Source: Takakia lepidozioides
Lineage: Eukaryota; Plantae; Bryophyta
Length of the DNA stretch: 64,000 bases
Direction: 5' to 3'
Assembly: GCA_030704615.1 (NCBI GenBank)
Contig: CM060732.1
Location: 39,990,001 to 40,054,000, forward strand
A program made the translations under genes and the position numbers. The notes under the pieces are model-generated. The model was not told where the DNA came from. It searched no databases and saw only the letters and a list, made by a program, of their open reading frames with translations. This document shows positions 1 to 14,392 of the stretch, in pieces. Within the stretch, counting starts at the first letter, position 1. Every line of letters starts with the position of its first letter.

Positions 1-1173
1 TCAAAAAGTCTAAGTGCACAAATCAGGTGATTTGTAGTTACTGAATATAGTAGTAATAAAGCAAATCTTTGGAAACATTGCAAGAAAAACAGTCTACAAA
101 TGAAATGTCTTCAATATATGTCCTTGTACCAGAAGTATCCCATATCTGGGTTTCTTTGTCACAGCTTGCCGACATACCACACAGCTTTTGATTCCAATCT
201 GTTACCAGAGCAGCAGTAGCACACATAGTCCTTCGTTTGTGCTACACATCAAAGGAAGCCCTCCCGATTGATAGGACCCTCTTCCACATGGACCACCTTT
301 CTATCCAGACAACTCCTCATGAGACACCGAAGTTTGCAAGTTAGTTTGAAACCGAGGTAAGATCAGGCAGTAAAGCCAGAACTCCACCGTAGCATCCACC
401 AGGTTTGCACATGTGCACTCCTGTGATGACAAAGCAGACTTTTAACTGGGATGGTTAAAATGGGTCAGGTTTGCAAGTCCCTGCACAAGCAGTTAAATGG
501 ACTCGACTTTAGACACCGTGCGGCAGGGAATGCCAACACGAGAGATTGAGTGGGGACTGAAATCTGCACTGCAGTTCCAACGTCCACATAATATGGTCCC
601 TATTGTCCAGGGGCCGAGCAGCGGCAAGCGAAAGTTAATTTGCTGTTCTCTGCCAGGAGAGAAGGGCACATTCGAAGGGTAACTTAAAGTCCATCTCGTG
701 CGCCGGAGCGTGGTGTTGTACCAGGGCTTAGCTCTCTGGCAAACACAGGCTCACAGTTATCACTGCCTTACCAAGGCATCAAAGTGTCTTGGCAGGAAGC
801 CATGCGGCAGCAGAAACCAATTAGTTTCCATGGGAAACAAATCCCAAGGGAGTAGTCAGAGTCTGGACAAATTGAAGACCAGAGCTTTGTTGGCATGCTG
901 CACCAGTTAGTTTGATCAGGGCATCCCACCCCTACAGGGACTGGAAGGGACCACCACAAAGTCTTCCACTGAGACACCCTTGCTACATGGCAGGAGTAGG
1001 ACCCAGGATTCTGTTAGCAGTCATCATGTCATGTCAGCAAACACCCAGAGGCAGTATTAAGCAGGTACTTGTACGAGTCACCTCTGCACTATCCTTGAAG
1101 GCTCCAACGAGGTGATGGACATAGATGATCCAGAGAGGTATCCAGGCTGCATCGGCACCCACAGACTGACCCA

Positions 1174-1345
1174 CTGTCAAAACCAAAAAATAAAAATGAA
1201 TATCATTCATCTACTCCTGCCAACTGTTGACAGCCCTTTGGCATCTAGTCAATAACAGTCAATAACAACAGTAAGTACTTAGTATAACAAAACACACATA
1301 CTCAAAACATATTTTCAGACATACTTCGAATATATACATGCTCAC
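1174..1345 (-). other. Probable 3'-UTR intron of importin-alpha starting 3 nt after the stop codon
   Basis: On the minus strand TAA-GAG|GTGAGC donor, then a T-rich tract ending TTTTGGTTTTGACAG| at 1174. Confidence 0.6.
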
Positions 1346-1348
1346 CTC

Positions 1349-4300
1349 TTAACCAAAGCTAAATCCACCAGAAGGAACAGCTGGCTGGTTCCCACCAAAC
1401 ATGAAGCCCGGCTGAGCTGCATCACCAGAAGGAGCCAAATTTTGTTCGTCATCATCCTCCAACCAGTATGTCTCCAATATTTTGACAGCCTTCTCATAGA
1501 TCTCATTGTTGTCATGAGTCTGCAAGTTCTCAATCTTCTCCAGACCTTCAGCCTCATCAATATAGCGTGCATACAGATTGATGCCATTAGTTCCTCCAAG
1601 GTCCTTATCTGCCTCTCCCACCTTCAGTATGTTCTCAAGACCTTCCAAAGAGACTGTGACAATCCTTGGATCAGGGCATGTAAGCAGATCACACAACGGC
1701 TTGATGCACCCTTGATTCACAAGGTACCTGCAGTGAACATAAGACCACATCCAAATTAACTGCCCGGAGATAACTTTTATGTATAAGGTGCCATCACAAG
1801 CAGATGCTTTAGTTAGTCAGGCAAGAAAAACACACTATGAAGATAAGACAACAATATAAGCTCACCAATGACTGCTGTATAGAAAACAATGATCTCCAAC
1901 TTACTTGATCTGATCATGTGTCCCGCCTGACGTTGCATTAGAGATGGCCCAAGCTGCCTCTTTTTTAATATCAAATTCAGCAGTTGCCAGCAGAGAGACC
2001 AAAGGTGGGATGATGTTGGCATCAATGACCGCCTGCACATTCAAGAGTGAACCAACATGAAAAGCATAGGGCAATGCAGTCTGAAGTTAAGCTACTTCAA
2101 CAACAACTACTGGATAAACCTGGAAATGCTTTAGCAAAGAAATACAAACTATAGGTTTGCAAGGCCATACCTGAATCTGATCCTTGTTTCCTGCTGTAAT
2201 ATTGGAGATAGTCCAACAAGCTTCCTTCTTTATGCTCTTTTTGTGGTTGTGAGTCAGAAGCGCCAGGAGGCAAGGAAGGGCCTGATTGTTGATTATGAAC
2301 TGCGCAACACAAAGCATACAGGGGTTATCATAACCTAACTCCCGTTTTGCAGTGCACCACAGCAGAACAACCAAGGAAAAGGAATTCACTGCTGCTAGTT
2401 GGGAAAAGACCTACAAGCTAGGACCACAAAGAATGCTGATCCTTGCCCATACATTCAACACTTTCCAACACCAAACCTACCATCATTCCTAGGGCCTATC
2501 TCACAGTTACAGCTTATTACCTGGGTCTGAACATCATCTCCCGTCACAATATTGCCCACCGTTCGCAGAGCAGGAATGAGGACAGAGGGCGATGGATGGC
2601 TGCTAAGCATCACAAAATCAACAAATATTATCAACCCACTGCAAAGCTAGAATGTAGTAAAATATGAAGGAGATATTGCATAGACAGGCAATAAGGTTTC
2701 TTCAGCTGCAGCACATAACTCATTTAGATTTTTAGATTGCTCAGAAAGTGTTTACTCCAAACATCCTTAAGCCTCTTCTTGCATTGAACAACGATTATGG
2801 ACCGTGACAGGGTCAAGCAGTAGAACTTACAGCAAAAGCTCAACAAGGCGGCGCGGCCACCAGCTTCAATCACTGCCTGAATCTTGTCATTAGTCCCATC
2901 AGACAGATAAGAGAGTGCCCAGCAAGCATCAGTGAGAACCTCCTCATCATTGGAGTGGATTAGCCGCTCCAGGGCAGGGAGTGCAGGCTTCGACTGTAAA
3001 CAACAAAGAATGTCAGCAACAGCGCACCAACAAGCAAACATCACTCAACAAATAATCCACCAAAAAAACACCCAGTGCAGTTGAGGAAAATACATGCCTG
3101 CTCAAAAGGAGGCTGGGGTTTTCCACGGCAGAAATTTGATAGAGTCCATGTGGCATTCCTCAACATTGACAACTTCGCATTGTCAGTCAGCTGGGCAAGC
3201 AGAGGCATAAGGGCCCCATGGCTCAGAACAAGGTCTCTGCACTTTGGAGAATCACCAGCTACATTGCCAAGAGCCCAAACAGCCTGCATACAAAGACAAA
3301 GGTCACTAATAATAGGATTCCAAGTAATGGGATCAACAAGCAAGGTCTGCTGATGAAAAAGCGAAAAAAATGAACTGTTATGCCAAGAAAAGATCTGCTA
3401 GCAATTTGGATTGCCTGCAGCAGAGCAACTTTAAGTCCTACACCACCACACATACCTGCTCCCGGACATCATCACTAGGAGAACTGAGAAGCTGAACAAA
3501 TATGGGCACTGCACCATGGTCGATGACGACTCGAGTGTGCTCTGATGTACCAGAAGCTATGTTCGTCAATGCCCATGCTGCCTCAAACTGCACAATGGCC
3601 AGAGGCAAAGAAATAATGATCAATCCTAATGATAATCCAGGATGTCTAGACATACCAGTTTCATGAACAAGACCCCATCTCCCTATAGGCTAAGACCTCA
3701 TTGAGCATGAAAATGATATGTTTAATTACCTGCAGTTGCGGAAAGTCACTTCTGACAAGAAACTCAACAAAACGGGGCACCACGCCAGCTGATATGACCT
3801 CTTCAATGGGTGGACTACGTTCTGCCATAACATAAAGAATATTGAAGTCAGAAAGTCAACAAGCGGATTATGTTTCAGGAGCCATTCGCTATACCTGCTG
3901 ATGGCTTGATTGGGAAGGGATTACATAAAATCCTTCAAGATCTGAAATGGAGCAGCTGGCCACATAAGAAATAGAAAGACTAATCGCCATTATTCTGACG
4001 TACCAATTGATAAAAGCTTCCGAAACTGAGTGGTAGCTTCAAGTTGTGTGTTGCCATCGTCAGCCCATACTCCTACTACCATTGCCGGGAGGCTCTCCAA
4101 TTGCTGCAAATCCGACAAAAGAGAAACACGCTTGGAAGTCGACACAGAAAACGGACGAGATTTCTCTCAGCAACAAAACAGTTAGCATTACGATACCGCA
4201 CCTAAGCCAACATGGCTATTTGTATATACCTAAGTTAGTGGATCTGACAACTAACCTTGGCAGAGGGTAACTAAAAGCTAACAATCACTTCCGGTGCACA

Positions 4301-4677
4301 GCACTACCTGATAGATGGATTTGCAAGGATAACAGCCTAGAAGGCGTCTCCGAGGACAATCACATCGTCATTCAGGAGCCTTCTCATAACATATGACGAC
4401 ACCACAATCATAACCCTTGAGTAGCAAAACATAGGTGACAACCAGAAGATTCGTCCCTACCGCATACCTTTTTCTCCATGGCGGCAGATTGAACGCTGGA
4501 AGAAAACTGATGGGGTTGCATGCCCTCCCTCCGCTTCTTGAGAAGACTCTCCTCCCTCTTATTCTTCCGTATCTCCACCATGTTGTCCTCTCTCTTCCTT
4601 CGGGCCTCATCTGCATCGACTGCCAACTTGTATCCTTTCTTCCTAACCTCTGTCCGGGCCGTTGGCCGTAAAGACAT
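1349..4677 (-). CDS. IMPA: Importin subunit alpha (IBB + ARM repeats), 10 coding exons: 4677-4468, 4103-4004, 3821-3730, 3587-3456, 3283-3098, 2993-2831, 2599-2521, 2299-2171, 2032-1905, 1727-1349; net 1-nt deletion in exon 6 near 2850-2860
   Basis: IBB motif ([26 protein letters not shown]), ARM motifs ([52 protein letters not shown]) and C-terminal FSFG; splice sites give consistent phases except across the exon-6 indel. Confidence 0.96.
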
Positions 4678-5512
4678 GGTTGCAGAGTCAAAATCACACA
4701 ATATATCCTCTGAGGGATCTTAAACACACCAAAACTAAACCAGAAGCAGGAACCTTTCAACTCCTCCACCCCGAAGTATGCGATCCTGAAGCGGCCACAC
4801 GCTTTGTAAGAGCCCGTGCAACCGCGAACTCGAACTTCCCGATAAAAACAAGAGATCTAAGAAGATGTTTAAAACCACAGAGAGCACACTCGCCAGCAAA
4901 CACGCATCCGAACCGATCTCTGCTACCTAATCACCGGTACTGTCCTACAAATCTCTGAGAAACAAGAGAAACACAAAGTGAGCAAGACGGTGGAGAGAGG
5001 GCAATAGATAGTAGGGCACCGCTCGCCGTTCCATCATCGCACGGACCACAGCGTCGCATCTCCGCCATCGGACGGCGCAGAGCAGGGCTTGCATTAGTAT
5101 GTTGCCCCGTCCCCCTAGTTTTCGACAACCGTAACTTACTAGTACCCCGCTTCTCACTAACCCCGCGCGGTTCCTTGACCGTGGTTAGGTTTGAAGGGCA
5201 GGCCAATCAGCCCGCTTGGTTTGCAAGTCACCCTCTTTTTCCGGGATAATGGCAGCTGTCAGATCTGATGGCTGAGTTTGTCGGAGCACCTGACATCGAT
5301 CGTGGCCTTCCAGTTTGAACTTCCGCCAAAATCGACGGTGCGTACTGACTTATAGGAATAGAAAGGATGCCACTTTTCTCTTACAAAAACAGAAAGCAGG
5401 GATGTGACCTTACTGACATTTGAACTCACGATCCCTTGGGTTGAGAGAAAAAGTTGGCTTTTCTTTTCACGAAGTTTCTCCAAAAGAAACTGAAAAAGAA
5501 ATAAGAAAGGCC

Positions 5513-5521
5513 TATATAAAA
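5513..5521 (+). promoter_or_regulatory. TATA box upstream of the phosphatase ORF
   Basis: CCTATATAAAAG about 100 nt upstream of ATG 5618. Confidence 0.5.
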
Positions 5522-5617
5522 GTAGAGAAGAGAAGTGATGTACGTATTTCCGTATTAGGCTTCGTCGTCTTCAAAGTCAAGCTCCAGGGACTCGATCGTT
5601 GAGGTCGTTGAGTAGAG

Positions 5618-6096
5618 ATGCCTTCTTCGCAGATTCTCCCGCAGCTTTATGTCGGCGATGAGATTGCTGCCATCGCGCCCGAGGTGCACGAATTCGGCTA
5701 TGTATTGAACATCACGGAGGAGGTCCCCAAGAGTGTTCTCCTGGAGGATGACGTTGTCTTCAAGCGCTTCCCAATCTACGACGTGGGGGGCGAAAAGGAG
5801 CAGGAGGAGATGCTTGACTTCTTTGTCACCACCTGCCTCATGATTAAGCAGGGCATGGCGTCGGGTCGGCGGGTGCTGGTGCATTGTGCGGAAGGAAAGC
5901 AACGGTCATGCACAGTCGTCGCTGCCTTTTGATCGATTCGATGGGATTCACCTCTCTGCGGGCCAAGCAGTACCTGCTCGAGAGACACTCGCAGGCTTTT
6001 GATTTCGACACCTGTGTGCACTTCGGACCAGTGCTGGAGCGGTGGGAGAAACTTGTAAGAAGCCCGTCGGTGGCGGAGGAGGTGGCTCATCCGTAA
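5618..6096 (+). pseudogene. Intronless dual-specificity protein phosphatase (about 159 aa if one T is restored in the T-run at 5927-5930); pseudogene or assembly indel
   Basis: SQILPQLYVGD, VLNIT, FPIYD (general-acid Asp) and active site VLVHCAEGKQRSCTVVAAF (HCX5R); the adjacent frame continues LIDSMG...AFDFDTCVHFGPVLERWEK to TAA 6096. Confidence 0.85.
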
Positions 6097-6179
6097 GAAC
6101 TGTGCTGTCCCTCTAGTCTAATTATCATCATATTGTCCTTATGAGGCAATTCTAGTTGGGCAGTTGTAAGTCTTCACTG

Positions 6180-6608
6180 ACTCTTGAAAAAATTCTCTTG
6201 CCCTCAGGCACTTCCACTAATATACCCTTCAGACGGGGGCACTCACTTTGGTCGGGACACAAAAAGGGGCTGCCCCTCTGATTTTCATCGAGCTGCATGA
6301 ATAAAAGAGTTCCTTCAAAAACTCAGTTAGCCCTACAGATTTTAACAGTGCATCCTCCATTGTCTCAGATGTCGTTGAGTTTGGAAGTCCTTAGCAGTCT
6401 TCTCATCATTCCAGATCCTGCCATAACTAAGCCCATTTTAACCTCACCAAGATCTTTGAATTGGCTTTGGAACTCACTCAGGATACCATGTTGAATTCCA
6501 GTCTGTAACATTTTCAAGTGTTTTCTGGCACCATATCTATGTATAAATCAATTAGTACACACTCTCTCTTCTCCATATCTACAGGAGGCATTCGGTCGTC
6601 GTGCAACA
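6180..6608 (-). mobile_element. Possible truncated Copia/TRIM remnant: 120-bp LTR (6489-6608) plus PBS plus gag-like start
   Basis: TGTTG...CAACA termini at 6489/6608; minus strand CAACA-TGGTATC (tRNA-iMet PBS-like), followed by degenerate MEDALLKSVGLTEFL. No second LTR seen. Confidence 0.4.
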
Positions 6609-6987
6609 CGTCAGCCTTGAGTGGCTTGTTGGTTTCTGGAGTTGCACTGTTTGTTTTTATCTAGTTCTTTGTTCATTTATTTATTGTGTGGCCCCAGGGC
6701 CTCCTGCAAGCATCGATCTGCCGTGTGTGAGCTGCCCAGCAATGAGACCCCAACAGGGCGTTAGGGTCAGCTTCAAGATTATCAAAGCTGGTGAACAGAG
6801 GCGCTTCTCAAGAGGGTCACTCTCTGGTGAGAATACCTCAGACAATGTATCAGGAAATGGATGTTGTCTTCAGGCTGCCCACACATCGGCAATTACAATC
6901 TCCTTTTCCTCTTTGCATCTGTTTATTATCACATTGTAGGACAGTCTGTTGAATGTGTTCAGAGTTCTTAGCTTCTCCTACAGTGAA

Positions 6988-7598
6988 ATTTCCTTGTCTA
7001 TTGAAATAGTAAACTGATACAACTCTGTACCCTGGTTGTAAACAGATTTGGCGCCCTGGCGATAGGATGGGTGTTGGGCTCTTTCTTGGCACCCGTGTTG
7101 CCCCCAATCTTGCTTCCTCCTCCTTGGAGTCAAGAGCTCACAGTGACTAGATTTGAGAGAGCAAGAAAATGAGGGAGAAATGAAGTTCTTCAAGAGAGAT
7201 CAACTTGTTCTGTATGGTTATGTGGGAAACGCTTACACATATCTGGAGGTTTATGTACTTGCTTAGAGCTTAGAGCTTAGATGGATCCATTTCCTTGTCT
7301 ATTGAAATAGTCAATTAATACAATTCTGTGCCCTGGTTGTAAACAGATTTGGTGCCCTGGTGATAGGATGGGTGTTGGGCTCTTTTTTGGTACCAGTGTT
7401 GCCCACCATCTTGCTTCCTCCCCCTTGGAGTCAAGAGCTCGCAGTGACTAGATTTGAGAGAGCAAGAAAATGAGGGAGAGATGGAGTTCTTCAAGAGAGA
7501 TCAACTTGTTCTGTTTCAAATTGGATGGTTACTCTGTGGGAAACGCTTACACATATCTGGAGGTTTATGTACTTGCTTAGAGCTTAGAGCTTAGATGG
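6988..7598. repeat. Tandem duplication of an ~300-bp unit (about 6988-7288 and 7289-7598)
   Basis: Both units start TTTCCTTGTCTATTGAAATAGT and end GCTTAGAGCTTAGAGCTTAGATGGA, with scattered substitutions. Confidence 0.9.
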
Positions 7599-8023
7599 AG
7601 CCATGCGATGGTAAAGCATGGGAAGAGAGTGAAACAGTGTATGAAATGGAAAGAGAAGGTCTTACCTTGTTACCCCCCCCTTTTTTTTGGTTATATTCCG
7701 AGCAATTTGTGCAGCTTCTGTCGATGACTACAGATGATTGACCAAAATAAATTTCCTTAATGTAATTCGGATTTTTTTCTTTGATTCTTTTTGGACAATC
7801 TGGGCAGCCTAAAAAGAGAGGAATGCTGCAAGCCTGATGCCAATTATTAGTCCAGGAAAAGGGTGGTTTGCTTTTATAATTCTTCAACAATGTCACTTGA
7901 TTAGCCCAACAAAAGGGTGCCTCTCTATCTCTTCCCACTCACAAGAAGGTGAGGCTATGGCGGAGAGCTTGTGACGGCACTGGGCCGGTGCAAGCTTGCA
8001 GTGACCAATTGCGTGTAGACGCC

Positions 8024-11000
8024 ATGACTACCGCCGCAGCTGCGCTGCTTTCGCACAGGCCATCATTGCTGCCGAGCCCTCAATCGATCTCACCTCTTCT
8101 CCGTCTTCATACCCCTGCGCAACGCGCAACTGTGTGCTGCAGTACGGATCCGGCCTCCACCTCCACCAGCAGAAGTAGCAATGAGGGCAAAGGGAGCCAC
8201 AAAGATACGCGCATCCACTGGGGAAATTCCACAGAGGGCTGGATTGGTCTGGATGCTCCGTATCTGCCCCCTGGTGCGGAATCCGGAAATGGGTCCTGGG
8301 CTGATGGTAGGGATGGCAAGCGTAGCAGGCCAGGAATGAGTGAGGCTCTGCGTGCTCTTCTGGCGCAGGCACCCGAAAGCCATTACAGGTCTGTTCTTTT
8401 GATGGGAATTTCATGGTTTGTTTGCCTGTTTGTCTGGGCGTATGGCAAGAAATTGAAGAGGTACGGCTTATGATCTTATAGTCGTCACCAGCACGGTTCA
8501 TGTTTAGTTCCGGGTGAATTAGCAATGACCCACGATGCATTTGAGGTGGTGGTGAGACTTGTGAATTCTAAGCAGGAACTGTCGATATGGTGTTACCAAA
8601 TTTGATGTGAGCTATCAAATTCCAAGACGAGGTCCAGTAATATAAGAAGATTGTGATTTGATGCCATAGTCTTGAGCCATGGTTGACTGGTAGCGGCATG
8701 GTCTGGAACCAGGAGAGAGATATCCCCCAGAAATTGTTGCCTGTCAATCTGGAAATGCTTTGGATATTATGATGGCATGGATGGGACAACTGAAAGGTCA
8801 TACCCACATTTAATGAATATACCGTTGGTTGAATTGAGTTGAGTCGAGTAGTGCATCGGTTGATGAACTTTGTACTTGAACAATAATTACTGCTGAATGC
8901 ATGAAGCCAGTAGTAGGCTTCATAGGATTTTTCCCCCAACTTGTTCAGCCGATGGTCTGATTGCAAGGTTCCAGAGAACTAAACCGTTTTGTGAATATTT
9001 ACTGGAGATTGATGACCAACTTAATACCTGGCCAGTTACTTGGCAAAGTGGCTCAAATTTTCCGTGTCATGTAAACATTTTCTGCCTTAGCGAACAAGTT
9101 CACGCCACTAGACCAGTAGTCCCCCAACACTCCGGAGATTGAGGTGCATTCATTCCCCAGCCAGTGACAAGGGAGCATAGCCTGTCTGGTGGAGCTTTAT
9201 AGCAGTTTCATTATTAAATTTGTAGCCTTTGTCATGTACGAGTGGATCACCTTTAGGAACTGGGGTTCCAGGGGAAAAAAAGTTAATTGCTAGTGTGGTG
9301 GACTGCATGTCAGATTGCAAAGTGGAGCACGGTGGGTTGGGGGTTAAGACTGCATGACTGCAGCAAAGGTGATGGAAGCCCCAGTGACCAGGCCTCCCTG
9401 ACCCAGTTAGGGACTTCAATTAAGCCTTACTGAGAGTAGATAATACATTTCATTGGCTCGATGAAATGGTTGCAACCAAAACATTAGAGATTAAAAATAA
9501 ATGGTCTTCTCAACGACAAAAGAGGAGACTGGGTAGGCCTTGGAGAGTGAGCATACTCATTAACCTCCTGTTGGGCCTCCAAGCTCAGGGTAGGTGTCAT
9601 GACGGAAGGTCTTGGCTGTTGCAAGAGACTTAAGTGCAAACTGTTAATTGGATTTGTACATGGCTCCGATGAGTCAGTTGCAGTGTTAGTGAGAGCCTTT
9701 TGGAGTTTTCAAGTTGGGAACTGGAGTAACCTTGGGGACAGCAATGAAGACTCCCTGTTTGTTACTTATGTCAGATTGCAGCCTCAACACTGAATGCAGT
9801 ATCTCTTATCCCAGATATGCTCGGATATCAGATCTTACAAGGTCTAAGGTCTACAGCATATCTGTGATACTCGATGAAGATTTCCTGGTGCTGCAGGGAC
9901 TCTCCTGCAGCATTTGTGGGGTGGTTTGCTGTGAAGTGTCTATACACACTCGCTCAACATTGGTTAACTATCTGCCTAGTTACAGCTACAGCTTTCATGC
10001 TTCCGACACACATAATGGACTATGATCTGGTCATTATGCAGGTATTTGGGGATTTCACCGGATGCAGGGCTGGAGGAGATAAAGGCCGCTTACAGGCGTC
10101 TGTCCAAGCAATACCACCCAGACACCACCTCGCTTCCGTTGGAAGTAGCTGCCCAGAAGTTTGTTCGCTTGAAGGTAGTTTTTCACCATAAACAAATTTT
10201 CGGATGACATGAATTTGGGCACCCTCTTTGGATTTGGCCTTAAATATTGGCAGCCCATCAAATCTGTTTGAATAACCCCAGAATTAAAATGCATTATTGG
10301 TAATTGGCTAAAGATATTAGGGCTCTATGCCATGATTAGGAGGGAAGGGTACTACACAGAGAGTACCATTTGGATCTGGGTCTGTACTTTGAGCAACCTG
10401 ATTAGTTGCACCTTGGGATTGGGGAAGTATCAGCAACTTTCAGGACATGACAGGGTTGATTTCCCTCACAGACATGCAGTCTTGTGGCCATTTCATCCTG
10501 CAGGATGTTACCACTCTCAGTTGGGTTTAGGTTGCTGGGATTGCCTTGGCTCTAGCCAAATGCATTTTTTGGTGGGTAGCGTTACATGAGTGCGTTCAAG
10601 TGTTATTTTCATTTGGTGGCAAGTGAACTTCTATCTCCAAGTGCCATTGCCGCTATTGGCAGCATGTTTCTGTGGAAGGTGCATAGATGGAGTCCCCATT
10701 TCCAGGCAGGCAACGTATGGCACCTATGAACATGAGGGTTCATGGGGTGTACTCTGGTGCCCAGTTATTCTTTTGATCCACAATGAAGTGTTGAAGCTTA
10801 CAAATTCAGAAAGTAGTGTCAACAGAATTTCCCATTAGACTGGGCTGGTTGTGAATTTCTGTTTGAAGGGTTCAAAAACAATTCTTATGATGAAGGTGCT
10901 CCTTCTCTCCCATGAATTTGTAGGACACTGGGTTTCCTTTCCTGACTGGGTTCTTTTTTTGTGGTACAGGAGGCATATGATGTGCTGAGCAGTGAGGAAC

Positions 11001-11272
11001 AGAGAAGGTTCTATGATTGGGGCTTAGCACAGAAATCTTCCTCCCAACAGGGTGGCCGCTTCATTTGGCCATATGAGACTGACCGCACTCAGCGAGGATA
11101 TGGATCACGCCCAGCCTCATGGACGCCACAGACACCGATAAATGCTGATACACTTGGAGGCGAGAATATGCCTCTCAGTGAGCAAGCCCAGACTGCGCTT
11201 GCCTTTGATTTCTTTGCAGTGTTTGTTTCTATCTGTGTTATTGTATATGTTGTCTTCTTTAAACAATCCTAG
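8024..11272 (+). CDS. ndhT: Chloroplast NDH subunit T (J-domain protein CRRJ); exons 8024-8388, 10042-10174, 10970-11272
   Basis: Ser/Ala-rich transit peptide, DTRIHW...EGWIG motif, J-domain with YHPDTTSLPL, RRFYDW, LGGENM.LS.QA.TAL.FD and a C-terminal TM helix; GT-AG sites in phase. Confidence 0.92.
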
Positions 11273-13035
11273 ATGAAATAAGAGGCACATATGCAAGCAA
11301 ACTTAGATGGGGGGTGGTTGTGCATATGGTCTCACTGGCCCCATATGTCACATCTACGACCATCACAGCTCTCGTGTACCAACAGGAGTAGGGTTAGTGT
11401 AGGTTCCTTGTGGCGGGGATATTTAGGGAAGGGCAAGTTGTGCGTATACTTCGAGGCATGCAAAGAAAGGGATCCATCTTACAGTTTGCAGCGTACTCTA
11501 TGACTTGATGGCAACACTTGGACTGCCAATTGAATGGCCCAAATGCTTTAACTAGAAAGTTCCTTCATAGGTGTTGTACTCATTCAGCTACACACAACCT
11601 GTACCACCCCAGGGTCTGCAAACAGTTGAGGCAGGGTGCTGGGTGTTTGCAAAATATCCAAGCTTGTGACAATCAGCTACACAGGTTCGCCTATCTCCTC
11701 CCTGTGACGCTGTGCGTTTATGGAGGATTCCATACAGACACTTCACATGATGGTACACACCCTGGATGAGAGTAACTGCCGAAGAGACTCCAACGCATGC
11801 AGCACATTACAGCGCCAGGCTGAGCTGAATTGGACGTTCACCTTGGCAATACAGATGGGGTGTGATTCTTCCAGCTTGTAGAGACCTGCAAGACATGTAA
11901 CATCTCATTTGTCTTTTGGTGTCCTTGAACTGTGTGCATCTGAGCAATTGAAGGCTCCATCTTGCAACAACACCGCAAGACATTTACCCATCTTGGTCGT
12001 CGGTACAGCAACTTGAGGCCAATTGACACACTTGTTGTTGATTGGCACCTGATGTATGGAATAGGCATCAACTCTCTTTTTTGCACATCTATTGCACAAG
12101 AGAAGTATCTATAGCTTGCTTGGGCCATGTAGTATACAATGTTCTCTGTGGAAATGCTCTCAATGTGAAACCACTAAGTTCTGCACCTTATGACCTGACT
12201 GCATCAGCAGTTTCACACTGATATGCTTGGACAACAATTGTCATAGTGTGTGGTACAATGAATGGATCACAAGTTGGCATTCTGTGTGGTGACTACTAAT
12301 AAGTACCATTTCCAACAGCATCTAGCACTGATTCTAAAGGACTGCTGATTTTCTTTGAAACGGGGAACATAGTTCTCTGAAGTCACCTAGGGCTTTCCAA
12401 CAGTATGTGACTTACAACTCAACTGCTTGTCAATATGGACAAAATCAGCAGGATTGTGGACAAAATCCTCAGGCAACTGACTTTCAACTGATAGAACCTG
12501 TTAGGAAAGTTATCATGGTCGAGCGAGAATCAATGACCTTAATTGTCACCCTGTCATTGCTAGTATTGAGTATTGGACAAGAGGTGGCATTTGGGTTTCG
12601 ACATGGGTGTTTAAATGTAGCACAAGTTTGTTCCAGGTTAGCGCCAAAACTGAGAATCGTGGACTGTGTGTCAAGCGTGGAGAAAGCTACAAGCAAAGAA
12701 TTGTGTGCCAAACCCAACACCATCTTGTCAATCACACTGCATACTACTGAACCCGTATTTCAAGCAGACAAGATGGAATGGGGTGTCCCAAAAATGTGTG
12801 TCCCACCGTAAATCAGGGAAGAAAATCAATCATCTACCTTGGCTCTGCTGGTGCAGAACTTACAGGATGACCTGCCTGAGACATAGAAGGCACCATGAAC
12901 TCAAAATACACCGTGTGGACAGTCATTTCATAATGAGAGCATTACATACAAGAATACCATCTAAGGATGGCTTTAGCAGTCCCCAGCAGGCAAGGCAGTC
13001 CAGTGCTAAATTTTCATGACAATCAAGTCTTCGGT

Positions 13036-14392
<1,357 letters not shown>

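Noticed and set aside
12407-13019. ORFs of 83-134 aa between ndhT and Lhca4
   Set aside because: No recognisable motifs or splice pattern; likely chance ORFs in UTR or intergenic DNA.
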